From Vairimorpha necatrix (lineage: Eukaryota): DNA of 64,000 nucleotides. A program made the translations under genes and the position numbers. The notes under the pieces are model-generated. The model saw only the letters and a program-made list of their open reading frames with translations. It had not been told where the DNA came from and searched no databases. Position 1 is the first letter of the stretch. Every line of letters begins with the position of its first letter. The stretch covers positions 558,001-622,000 of the forward strand of contig CP142734.1 in NCBI GenBank assembly GCA_036630325.1, in the 5' to 3' direction. Shown here one piece after another: positions 48,543 through 61,800 of this stretch.

Positions 48543-51500
48543 CTAACAATTACTGATGTGTACAGCAGATACACAGAGGCAATATTAATGACAGCAATAA
48601 AGCAAAAAGAACAAATAAAAACATTCAAAGATTGGTTTAACAAATATAAAGTATCAACAAAAATTATCTCGGACAATGGTAAGCAATATATGGGCAAAGA
48701 TTTTTCAAGATTTTTAGCAGAACACCAAATAACTCACGAATGTACACCATTGTACCATCCAGCCCCGAACGGCATTAGTAAAAGACTGAACAAGATATTA
48801 GCGGAAGTTTTAAGGATTTATAAAAATGTGAAGATTAAGAAGGTCGCAGTATTATTCAACAAGAGATTAAATATAAATTATCATAGGACACTGGGAATGT
48901 TTCCAAACGCCATTGTATATGGCTGTTCATACTTCGATAAAAAGAAAAGGAAAATCATATACATACCGAAAACACAGGTAAATAAGATTGATGAGGCAGC
49001 ATTAGAAAAGCGAAACGAAAAGCTAGGAGATAGTATTTATATAAGAAATTTTACACAGAATAAACTTCAAGACAAGTTTATTGTACTATATAAAATTGTA
49101 GAAATAAGTAAGTAAAATATGTGTTTCCGAATAAATGAGAAAGATGAGTGGATAAACAGGAATGACATAAAATTCATTTCGTCTTGCTTGGAGGGGTAGT
49201 CTGTGGTATAACCACATGTTTCTAGAGTGACCAATCAATACGAAAACGTCAAGCAGTTTAAAACAAACCAATATTTAGAAAAGTTATGGTTCATTATGAA
49301 ACATTCAAAAGTGATTGGTGAGCCACAACTATAAATAGCAAAATTATGTCGTAGGCACGAATCCATGAACAGAAACTCAAACACACATTTTACAGCTAAC
49401 AATAAACAAACAAAAACACCTAACAATAAAACTATTAAAAATGCTAACATTAATTTTATAAGCACGCTGGAACATTTTTACCAGCATGGATACGTCACTA
49501 AAAAAAGAAGAAGTCCTTGGCGCAGTAGAATACTTATGGTACCAACCCCCGATAAAACATGGAGAATGTGCGTCGACTATAGAGGGCTTAACAGTATAAC
49601 TATAAAATATGCATATATGACTCCAAGAATAGACGAAATATTTGAAAGTTTATCAAATGTGACTATTTTTACAGTATTGGACGCCACGAGCGGGGTTCAC
49701 CAAATACCCCTACAATAAGAAGATAGAGAAAAAACTGCATTTTCATATAAGGGACAACTATACGAATTTAATCGTATGCCTTTCGGTCTTTGAAACGCCA
49801 TAACAACTTTTCAAAGAGCAATGGACAACATATTTAGAAAAGAAATTCATAATTTCGTGATACCATATGAAGACTACACTATAGTATATTCAAAAAACAG
49901 AGAAGATCATATGAAACACGTGATGATAGTACTAGGAAAAATTAGAGCTGCAGATCTACCGCTGAATAAAATAAGTTTAAGTGCATTAGATCTGAGATAA
50001 AAATTTTGGGAAATGTAATGGGACACGGAATTATAAAGATAGATGAAACGCGTATCAAAGATATATAAGCGTATCCGATTCCTTCTACTATAAAGGAATT
50101 GAGAATTTTTTTAGGAATAGCAAATTATTGTAGAGATTTAGTGGAAAAAATGGCGGGAATCGCGGTTCCTTTGTATGACATACTCAAAGGCGAAAAGCAG
50201 ACGTCGAATGAAAAAATAAACCTTATTGATGAGCAACTAGTTACATTTAAAACTGTAAAAAAAGATTAAAGTAGGAATATCATACGTACACAGCAAAAAT
50301 TCCATGCTCCCTTTATATTAGTGACAGACGCGTCGGAAACGGGGATTGGAGCAGTACTTTTACAAAAGAAAGAAGGAGGAAATGAAAAGATGATAACTGC
50401 ATTCAGCAAGAGACTAGATAATTGCCAAAAAACTATTCGGTAACCGATAATGCACTCCTTGGTTTAGTAAAAGGCAATGAACATTTTAGGCATTATCTTT
50501 GGGGAAATAAGTTTACACTAAGAACAGATCATATAGCTTTGATCTACCTATGGGCAGTAAAGGATCCGACAAGTAGGATTCTCAGGTGAGCTTTTAAACT
50601 AGCAGAGTACAACTTTGAACTTGAATATATAAAGGGAGAACATAACAATCGGATGGTTTTAGTAGAACCTATCAAGAGCATGAAACGTGCAACATCGAGG
50701 TACACCAGTTAGCGAATAATACCAAAAATATACTAGAATAGTACCACAAGATTTCAGGGCATGGATCGTCAAATACCATAAAATTTATGATTTCACAGAC
50801 ACATAAATGAAGAAACATGAACCGAAATATATCACAATTCGTAAGAAATTGTGAAATGTGTTTACGCCCAGGCTATAAATGCGTGAAAACGAAAAATAAA
50901 GTAATACTCTCTGAAAGACCCAACTAGCTTTATGAGTTCGATCTTTTAGGTAAACTCTCTGACAGCATTGGAAGTAGATATATATTTGTTGCAATCGATC
51001 ATTACTCTAAGTGGATAGAGACCAAGATTTTACAAAGTAAAAAATGATCTGAAATATATGATGCGATCGAAGAACTAATCATTAGTAAACACGGATACCT
51101 GAGAGAGTCCTGATAGATAACGGGTTGGAGTTTGACAATTTAGAAGTACAATCACTAGCGAATAAATATAATATATCATGGGAATTTTGTTCTCCATACC
51201 ATGATCAGACCACGGGCGCCGTCGAAAGGGTCATATAGACACTGGCGAACAAAATAAGAAAATTACCAAATTATGGCGATTTAGTTGGAGAAAAGTCGTT
51301 AAAGAAGCTACCTTGGCAGTTAATCTGTCTTTTAATCGATCAATAGGAACTTCTCCGTATATCTTAAGATTCGGCCAGCAAATAAAACTGCCGTAGACGA
51401 GGAATGGGCGTCATTCCTAAGACTTATACTAAGCAAGAGTTATTAAGAAAGTGAGACCTAACCCTCAAAAAATACAGTAAGGCTATAGTCAAAGGGTTAA

Positions 51501-54500
51501 TAGAGATAAAAGAAAAGCTTAAGGTTGAAGAAAACGTTTTAATATATAGAGATTATCCGGGGGGTGGTAAATTGGAAGCTAAATGGATACCAGGCTACAT
51601 CATAATTCAAATTTTAAACGAAGATGCGTTTCTAGTAAAAAGAAAAAATACTTTGGGGGAACTGAGAGTCAATAAAAGTCATATTAAAAAGGATACGTCA
51701 AAGACTAATTAAGGGGGTGTCGTAGCCGATCAAAAAATGATTAATCATATTCGTACTGTTGAATATTTATAAATTTCTAATTTATGACCCCTAAGATATC
51801 TTTAATAAACATGGTGGAGAATATGAACAATAAAATAACAAAAAACAACATAACTCATGAGATAAAAAGAGCAGAGGCTCTTAGTAGATGGAAAAAAAGA
51901 CTGACGAAGACAAAATGGATGACTTTATCAGTAGGTTTGACGAAACCGTTTTAGACGGGCATCTAGAGAAATTTGGGAATAAAAGGAAAACAAGTTTTAG
52001 CTATGAAGATTGGAGAAGAGCAGCACTGGAGTATTTTTGTACGAAAATTTCTATAGTGGACCTGTGCTCCAAGAAACAAAAGGATAATGAGTCTGTTTCT
52101 GTATTTATAAAAGAAACGATTAAATTGTGTGAAGATTTAAATGTTGAAGAAAAGGATAGAAGGAAAATTTTAAAAAACGGCATCAACCCCCGATATAAAC
52201 TCATAAAAATGTTTTTATCCACTAAATATGAGACGGATGAGGAATTCTACGGAACTATTATAGAAATGAAGAAAGAAGCCGATTTGGCCTTTTCTTTCAA
52301 AAACTTAAGCTTAAAAGAAACTCCAAGAAAAACTTTAACCTGCTTCATATGTAAAAAGCCAGACATGTTTCTACAAATTGCTATTTTCGGAATAGAAACA
52401 AAGACACTGGTGCAAGTAAGCAGGTACATGAGGTAGTAGCCAATACTGAAGAGAAATTAGAAGAAAAGTCTGCATTTTACGAAAATTAAAATAACCACGT
52501 CTATGTTAAAAGTAATAAGGTGCCTGTTATTTTCTATATCGGTTCTAGTTATAATTTCATTTCACATTGTGCAGTTGGAGAATTAAAATTACAGATATTA
52601 AGGAGGAAAATGCCATTGAGCTTTTTTACGTGTTTAGATGAAAAGTTTCAAATAAGAGAGATAGTAGAGTTAGAATTTAAATATATGGACAAGATATATA
52701 AAACAAAACTCTTTATTTTGCCTAGGGTCGCCAAATTTAAAATATTATTCGGAAAACAGGAGCTGATAAAAATTTTTGCAAAACCAAAAAACAGAATATG
52801 TCAAATTAAAACTAAACCAGGCGAAAAGGTCGTAGAAAGGACGTATGGACTGCCACAAAAATTAACAGTGGGCATAGATGCTGAAATAGAAAAGTTATTA
52901 GAGAAAAAATATATTCGGAAATCCAGTCCTATGTGGTTAAACAATCTTAGACCAGTTAAGAAGCCAGATGGATCGGTTTGGGTGGCAACCAATTTGATTG
53001 CACTCAATAAGTTAGTAGATTTGTACAGATACTTGCTTCCGAGCATAGAAAGAATCTTACATAATTTAAAAGATCAAAAATATTTTTCTAAGTTGGATTT
53101 AAAAGATGGGGGTTTCAGATAGAATTAGCAGAAGATGACAGACACAAAACAGCTTTTAGACATAAGCATCTTTTATATGAATGGAATGTAATGCCAATGG
53201 GCTTTAAAAATTCGCCGGCCATATTTCAACGGGTTATGGATGATGTTTTACAAGATGATATTGGGAAAAGGTGTTTCATTTATGTTGACGATATTTTAGT
53301 TTTTGGAACAACTGAAGAAATCCATGACAACAATTTTAGGATTATAAAAGAACGATTAAAGAAGAATGCTTTACAATTAAATGAAGATAAAACTATTTAT
53401 AAAAAGAAATCAGTTGAATTTTTAGGACATACGATAGAATACAATAAAATTAAACCCAAAAGGGAACCTAGCCAAGGTATTGATGAAATCAACCCGCCAC
53501 ATGATATTAGATCATTGCAAGAATTTCTTGGTTTTATCAATTTTAACAGGAAATTTATTCCCGGGTGTTCAAGTATTGCAGGATGCTTGTATGATTTACT
53601 TAAAAAGAATAGAAAGTTCAGTTGGGGCGAACATGAAGATAAGCCTTTCAATAAGCTTAAAACCATCATAAAATCAAATATAGAATTATACCAACCTGAA
53701 TATACTAAACCTTTTATACTAGAAACAGACGCGTGCAATTCGGGAGTTGGTGCAATTCTCTCACAAAAACAAGGCGAAACAATTTATCCTATTTCGTATG
53801 CTTCAAGAAGACTTTTACCGGCTAAGATAAATTAATATTTTAGTGAAAAGGAATGCTTAGCAGTGTTATGGGGAATGGAAAATTTTAAATATTTCTTATA
53901 CGGGAATGTATTTGGAGTAATAACGGACCATAAAGCTTTGGAAGTGTTGAACAAAGAAAAAATAGGCTCTCAACGAATACAAAGATGGCTTGACAGACTT
54001 AGCCAATATAATTTCACAGTAAAATATAAAAGGGGTGTCGAGATGGCACATGTGGACTACATATCTCGTCTATACCAAAAGGAAGAGCAAGTCGTTAATG
54101 AAATTCAAGACTTAAATGATGACACAAAAAGGAAACTTATTAAAGATAAACACGAAAATTTAGTTCATCGTGGAGCAAAAATAGTAGCCAAAGAGCTTAA
54201 AAGGGAATATACGTGGGATATTATTGATAAATTAGTTAAAGAAGAGTTGAAAAAGTGTATAAGATGTAAAATGTATAATCCAAAAAGAGGAAAAGCCTTT
54301 TTGTTCGTTAAATCGTTTTATACAGGAGAAAAGGTCGCTATAGATATTATAGGACCAATAAATAAACAATATATAATAACAGGAATTGATTAATTAGTAG
54401 AAAGGGGTTTGGAAAAGTTATTACCACTAGAGATAGTCAGAAAATTGTAGATTTTATAAGGAAATTAACAAACAAATAACAATAAAAGAGTTGATAATGG

Positions 54501-54786
54501 ATTCATCAAAAGAGAATCAAAGTAGTAAAGTATAAACTGGGCCATAGAGAATAAAGTGAAGGTACATTATACAACACCCTTTCATCATCAGTCGAATGGA
54601 CGAGTAGAAAGGTTTAATAGAACTGTCCAGGAAGGAATTTACAAACAGGGGGGAGATCTAAATCTAAAATCAAAACTATTGGAAATGTTAGAGGCTTACA
54701 ATAATATCAGCCACTCAAAACTAGGAATGTCTCCAAATGAAGCTTGCAAAAAGTAAAATGAAACAAAAATAAAAGAGAAACAGTAC

Positions 54787-57700
54787 TGGCGTATTTACCT
54801 GGAATTGTGCCAGTGGCAAGAAAGCATTCAATAATGCTACGGTTATGTGCACCGTGAATTCCCAAGGTAGGTGTAAATGTATTTGAATAGTGTTTATTGT
54901 TATTGGCGTCATGGGCCTGAGCTGAAGTGCGGCTGTTGTTGTTCTTAGGCATTCTCATTCTTTTTAAGTGATGAATTTCGTTATTTATATTTGTGTGTAA
55001 CCAATTAGAAATTAGTGTTTCAGATCTGTCCACTAACAATTAGAGATGCTTGACGTGTATCAAAGCACATTAGCGTTTCATCGTCTATTGGTCACCATAA
55101 ACATGTGGTATGAGATATTATACCACATACTGCCAACTCCAACTAAAATTTCAAGTTTCGGACATGCGTCCATGATTCGTCATCTTTTAAGCGAACCCAT
55201 TTACCTATGCTTCCCACTTCTTCAACTATTTGTCTTGTTCCATATTTCCGATCGAGTTTTCCTGCTTTTAAATTTCTTTTGTAGACAATGTCTCCCATGT
55301 TGAACTTAGAAGTATACGCTACAGCGTTTGGGGTTTTCGTTATTGTTTGCTGTTTGGCGTCTAAATCGTAGAAGTCCCTGCCATATGCTATAAGATAAGG
55401 CGAGGCTTTAATCCCTCGATTAAAGTTGATATTTAATATATTTTCTGCTTCTTTAACAGTCTCGTAGATGTCTCGGAATTTATTTATGGAAAGCGTGAAG
55501 GCAATAGTTTGGTTCAAGCGTTCGGATATCCCATTTGATTTGGGTGTGTATGTCGGTATTAGAATGTGATTTATTCCAGTATTAGCTAGATACTCTTTGA
55601 AACCTGCGGAGATGTATTGTCGTCCGTTATCCGATATTAAATGCTTAGGCCTGTCTCTCGTCTTAATCCATGCTTCTATAGAATCGATTAATTCTTGAGT
55701 TTTAATCGTCTTAAAGAATATTAACATTACTTCTCTAGAATATATATCTGATATCGTAAGTATATATCCTATCTTCTCCTCAGAGTTCGGGGAAGGAGTA
55801 TGATACTTGAATGGTCCGAAGATATCTGATGATATGCGCTCGTATAATCTAGATGAATCCATCTTCACCGTATTTTGATGACTATTGTTAATTATCTTGA
55901 ATTTTCTGCATACAGAACAACTTTTTACTACCCAAGATATCCTTTGTAGGGCGTTTTTTACGTAAATGTATTTTTTAATGTTGTTGTAGAGTGTAGTGAC
56001 TCCTCGGTGACCTGATATGTCATGTATGCTTTTTAGGAAAGATTTGATTTTGTCATTCCTGATAACCAGTTGGCCTCTATCGTTCCTGAGTAATACGCCG
56101 TTGTTTGACGTGCATGAAGTTTTAACGACATTGTCGTACTGTATCTTGAGAGGCATGATCTGTAAAAGTAGACAACGCGATAATGTGTCTGCTACTGTGT
56201 TATCCTTTCCTTTGATATGGAAGATCTTATGATTAAATTTATTCATGATCAGTTTCCATCTGTTAATCCTCGTGGTTAGGCTTTTATTTTCAAACGAACA
56301 GTTGTTACTGTCAGTATGTATCTCTACATAACATCCCCGAATGATGCTTTCAAAATGAATTGCGGAGAGAAGAATGGCTAGATACTCTTTTTCGACTATA
56401 GTGTAATTAAGTTCAGAACCTGCCAGTTTCTTGCTATAATAACCTATGATTATGTCTTCTTGTAGAAGTACGCTACCTATTCCTTTTTCTGAAGCGTCTG
56501 TTTGAAGTGTAAATTTCCTTCTATAATCTGGGAATCCTAGCTTGACTACTTTAAGCTCTTCAATAATAGGGTTAATCTCTGTTTTTGTAGCTTCTGGTAA
56601 CTTATAATGTTTTTTATCTTCCATGAGTATGGGTAAGCAAGTGCTTTCAGCTAATATTTCATCAAGAATTTCCTCAGATGTAACTTCAACCCCAATAAAT
56701 GGGATAGTATGTCCATTTCCTAAGGTAATAATTTTCTTTCTTAAGTTTACTACTGCTTCGTTAGCATATAAAAATTCATATCCCAAGATAATATCTTCTG
56801 GTAAACGCTGTAAAACATAAAATGTGATATCATAGTCTTTATCCTTAATACGTATTTTAGTTTCGACGGCTCGACTAGTGGTTTCTTTAGTACCACATCC
56901 AAATATCATAGTTAGAGGTTTAGTTTCAATTGTGTTCAGCTTTAAGGACTTTAACAGTTTTTCGTGAATATAATTGCAAGATGCACCCGTGTCAACAAAT
57001 AACTGTAGGTTAGTCCCATTTAATTCTCCTTGAATTTTTATCCCTTCATGATTGTCGACTTTAAGTTCAGTGATAATCATGTTTTTGACATCTTCTGATT
57101 GTGAGGTTTTATGAAGGGAACAATCTTTAGTGTTGTGAAACTTCGAGTGATGGTATTTACACCACTTCTTATTAGTAAAGGCGTATTTAGTCTTGTTCGC
57201 ACCCGTTGTCTGGGTTATTAAGCCTTGTTTGGTCTCTGCGGACTGGGATAATATGCTTTCTTCCAGTTCTATTAAAAATTGGATAATTTCTTGAAATGGA
57301 GCCGTTTTGAGTCTTTGATCGGTAATCTTGATAGTGGTATATCTTCCCAAACCTTTGAAAAATATTTCTTCTTGTTTTCTTTCCACTTCCATTCTTGAAA
57401 GATCGTTGACATGAATGTAGCCTTCTAATCCTTTAGAAATTGTTTCCATATACTCGTTAATGGAAAAATGATCAGTTTGCCTGATATTGTCAATTTTTTG
57501 CGAGAGAATCCTGTGTTGGGTCTTTGGATACAGTATGTCTAGAAGTTCTTTTCTCAGTGCCTTGTAACTGTTCCTAGTAAGTTTATCCTTATAAGTAGAA
57601 TCATAGATTAGACTATGGTAAATTTGACCGCTTTGTGTGTCATTTTACTTGTTATACTCAGAAAGAGTTTCAAACTCTTTGAGACCTGCTGTAGTGAGAT

Positions 57701-58182
57701 CTGATTTGATATTAAATATCTTGAGTATATAGTCTTGGATTGGCACGTCTGTACCTTCAACAGTTCTTTTAAATTCCGCGTGATGATGTTTATCTCCAGA
57801 TGTAACTGACTTTGTACCTTTATTGCCATTTGAGCTCAAAATGGCGTATTTACCTGGAATTGTGCCAGTGGCAAGAAAGCATTCAATAATGCTACGGTTA
57901 TGTGCACCGTGAATTCCCAAGGTAGGTGTAAATGTATTTGAATAGTGTTTATTGTTATTGGCGTCATGGGCCTGAGCTGAAGTGCGGCTGTTGTTGTTCT
58001 TAGGCATTCTCATTCTTTTTAAGTGATGAATTTCGTTATTTATATTTGTGTGTAACCAATTAGAAATTAGTGTTTCAGAACTGTCCACTAACAATTAGAG
58101 ATGCTTGACGTGTATCAAAGCACATTAGCGTTTCATCGTCTATTGGTCACCATAAACATGTGGTATGAGATATTATACCACA
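54787..58182 (-). mobile_element. Element F: 3396-bp RT-less LTR element with 341-bp LTRs
   Basis: LTRs 54787-55127 and 57842-58182 (one mismatch seen); TSD agtac; PPT-like gttggagttggcagta. Confidence 0.95.
55143..58013 (-). CDS. Element F Gag-PR-RNaseH-IN reading frame (no RT; one in-frame TAA at 57645-57647; 768-aa ORF 55143-57449)
   Basis: WCKYHHSKFHNTKDC knuckle, FVDTGA protease, then LQTDAS RNase H, HHCC and DIFGP / SDNG / GISER integrase. No YxDD. Confidence 0.88.
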
Positions 58183-58885
58183 AGTACGAAGAAATTATAA
58201 TGTTTTATTGGGCAAACGAGCATAAAGAGGTCGAAGAAGTGTTTAAGGAAAACGATCAAGTAATAATAAAGAATGAATTTGCAGTGGCCAAAGGACAGCC
58301 CAAGTTTAAAGATAGAGGACAGATTGTAGAACGGCCAGAAAACAATACTTACATTGTACTATCAAAAGAAAAGGACTTAAGAGACATGCATCTCAACTCA
58401 AAATACTTGTATACTGGCCTATAAAAGAGGAGGGATGTTGAATATTTATAAATTTCTATTTTTATGACCCCTAAGATATCTTAAATAAACACGTACAATT
58501 GGACAGATTTGACTGGCTACAAATTGTATTTAAAAACATTTCCAAAAGAGGGATGAAAAATAAGAATAAAGTTATTGACAATAACAAAACACAAAATATA
58601 CTTTTTTATTGAGCATATAAAGATTATATAAAAAGTTAAAATTAGATAAATTTATATTAGACTCCTCTTTTATTGCAATACGTTCTTTATTATATAAACT
58701 TCTAAATTGTCTTATATATCGTCAAATAATATCTCAATTAAATATCCATTTTTTGAAAAATCTAAGAGATTTATCTTCACTTTATAGTTGATAACAAGAT
58801 TTGAATATTCTTTTTCATACTCTTAAAATATATATTGTGGCGCGCAGCGTTGACCCCTCCCAACTCAAATTAAAAAAAAAAGAAA

Positions 58886-61800
58886 TTTAAACCATTTATT
58901 TATTAGGGGTTATAAATCCCACATCCCCTCCTCAAGGCGGTTAGTCTCATTAACATCAACCTTACGAACCTTTCCCACTTTAGCACAGACTTTTAAATCG
59001 AAATTTCTCTTCTTTCTTATAGTACCATCCTTATATATTGCTAAGTACAAATCACTCTCACATACTTCGATTATTTATACCTCATTTACGTATCTTCCTT
59101 TATCATCTTTCATTCGCCTTGCTAAATTTTCTCTATTAGCTACGAGAACCTTATCTATCAGTTTAAATTATTCTCTTAATCTCTTCTTAAACTTCTTTGA
59201 ATACTCACCATCTTTCTCATTTAGCGTTCTTAACTTTTCGCAACTAGACATTTCACCTTTTGCTTCGATTGGACTACATTTTATTCCACTGTGACACGTT
59301 CTGTTATATACATCAATTGCGTTCTTCACTTTCTCTTCTAAATTACCTTCACTTTGCTGTAATACAGATTCTCTCAAAGTTCTAATTAATCTTTTCCTCC
59401 TTCCATTACTACCATGGCTTTCAACACTTACCTTATGATGTAATATCTCATTATCACTACACCATCGTCCAAATTATTCACTCACAAATTCTTTTGCATT
59501 GTCACTAATTATCTCTTCTGGTACACACTCTTCTTTAAACCAGTTTTCCCTTGTCTTATAGCATTATTGCTAGTTCTTATATCCAATACTGCACTATTCG
59601 CATATCTCGTATAAAAGATAATTCCTACAAGAACGTTGCATTTTGGATTTCCTTTTTTTATGATATTAAGACCAAACTTCTTTCCTGTTCTCATGGTGGA
59701 AATAAATTCCACCCCGCCTCTGTTTACCCGTTAATACTTCTGCACGTTTCGCATTCTCTCAATATGTTACTTATGTTTTCTTTCATACCTAACCAATACC
59801 ATTTCTTTTTCAACTCATAATATTAATTTTTATTCCTTTGTGATTGAGCTCCAAATGTTTTCTTTACTAACTTATCTCTTATTTCCAAATCTGATACTAT
59901 AGCTGTTTGTCAGATAAAAACTCCCAGATCTTTTTTCCATTTACTTCTTTAATATGTTTCACTCCTTTTCCTAAAATTTGTTTTCTTATAATCTCTTTTC
60001 TTTATTTGCGTCATCCTGAAACTGTCTGCTTAAAGCATCTTCATCTGTCATTATTTCCCCTCTATTATATTTAACTGTAAAGTCGACCTCTTGAATTTTT
60101 TCGATCTACCGATTTATTCTATTATTATTAATGCAATCTTTAGATCTCATTACCTCTAAAGCTTTATGGTCTGTCTGTAATTCAAATTTCTACCTCTTAA
60201 TTCATATTTAAACTTTTTTATACCCCAAAACACTGCTAACATTTCTTTTTCTGCAAGCCATATTTTCTTTCTGCTGGTATAGCTTTTTTGAAGCCCATTA
60301 AATAGGAACCAACTTGCCTTCCTTATTTGTTTGTAACAATATAGCTCCGATTCCTGTGTCTTAAGCATCGGTTCTCAATTAAAATATTTTTGTATAATCT
60401 GGAATTTTAGACTCTTTTGTATATCTCAATTCATCTTTCAATGCATCAAATTCACATTCCATTTCATCGATCCAACCCCATTTCTTATTTTTCTTTAACG
60501 CATCCGTAGGTGCTATTGCCATCATAGCATAATTCCCCATAATTTCTCTGAACCATCCTGTCAATCCAAAAAAACCTACGGAACTTACTAACATTCGTCG
60601 GTATTTTATATATTAATGCTTCATTATGCTTAATTCAGATGTTTTCTACAATCACAATTCACACTAACTCCTAATAAAATAAAATATCGGCCTATATTGT
60701 ACCTTACTGCTATTTACTTTTTAACCCATGGATTTAAATTTTTCGCAACACCTCATTTAATATCTCATCATGCTCTTTTTACGTCCTCGAATAAACAACA
60801 ATGTCATCCATTTAAACTTCTACTCCTTTTCCTCTCAAATTGTTTAAAATGTTATTCATTGTCCTCTGCATAATCTGAAGTGCATTTTTATGTCCCATAA
60901 CCATTCTATTCCATACGTATACATTCCCTAAAAATTCAAACGCAGTTTTTAATTTATGCGCTTCTTCAATTTCTACATAATAATTTGCTTCTTTAATTTC
61001 AAGCACTGTAAAAACTCTAGAGCCCTGTGTTGCTCTTATAATATCTCTGATTTTTGGCAGCTCACATGGATCTCTATCAACCAAATCATTTAATTTCATT
61101 AAATTACTAACAATTCTTACATCTCCATTAGGTTTCTCAATGGCCCTAATATGGGTTTGCCACTTAGATTTCGACTCCTAACAATCCCTCTTTTTCTCAA
61201 ATCTTACAAATACATAATTAACTTTGATTTATGACTCTGTCTAACAACTTGCCCTTTTCTCACTATTTTCCCCCCTTGTTTTGTCTTTAATAAACATTTT
61301 CCTTTTGTTAAGTATTTTATCTTTTCATCTGGTCTTATTTTAAATATTTCAGGATATCTTTTTTCCAACTATTCTATAGTCGGAGCATTTTCACTTTATC
61401 CCCCCCCCTTACCAATATAAATTAAGAATTTTTTAAAAATATCCCTTTTTTTGAAATTTGAAGCGGAAAAAATGTGAAGGAGCAAAAGTCAAAAAAATAA
61501 AGTTGTAATAAAATAGCATATTTACCAAAAATAAACAATTATTTTTTCGTTTTTTTCAATTTTTTAAAAATTTCCTTCTTCCACTTTCTGATCAAAATTT
61601 ATCTTTATTGTACATTGCAATGTATAACAACGAAAATCTCTAAAAAAAATATTATATAATATTCATTTGCTGTTATAAATGAATATTTTTCAAGAATTAG
61701 AGAATTTTCCAAACATGTAATATTTTACTTTGGGGGCTAAAATATAACATATCTTATTAAATTGGCATTATATACGATTCAATAATTCTTTAAAGAGCAT

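Larger units (their letters stand above)
39274..49497 (+). mobile_element. Element B: degenerate gypsy with ~297-bp LTRs, inserted in the RT of A
   Basis: LTRs 39274-39572 and 49202-49497; TSD ctaaa. Protease LLDTGA ~43495, partial RT, RNase H, IN. PPT ggaggggtagtc. Confidence 0.92.
51757..58491 (+). mobile_element. Element E: degenerate relative of D with 55/56-bp LTRs, inserted in the 3' LTR of A
   Basis: LTRs 51757-51811 and 58436-58491; TSD cgtac; PBS tggtggagaa. Fragmented gag/pol ORFs at 51888-54756 and an IN tail after 58187. Length is 3334 bp after removing F. Confidence 0.94.
37779..58580 (+). mobile_element. Element A: degenerate gypsy with ~122-bp LTRs; outermost member of the nest
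   Basis: 5' LTR 37779-37900; 3' LTR split into 51718-51756 and 58497-58580. Gag, protease LLDTGA (38692), RT resuming at ~49503, RNase H and IN to ~51710, PPT aaggggg. Flanks tttaa / ataac do not match. Confidence 0.88.

Noticed and set aside
40359-53738. Many 60-150 aa antisense or overlapping ORFs (e.g. 40359-40571, 45379-45777, 53397-53738)
   Set aside because: Shadow frames of purine-rich pol genes, with no independent motifs.
57645-57647. Gag-Pol stop-codon readthrough site in element F
   Set aside because: The stop lies early in Gag, at a position that is Trp in element B, not at the gag/pol boundary; treated as a nonsense mutation.
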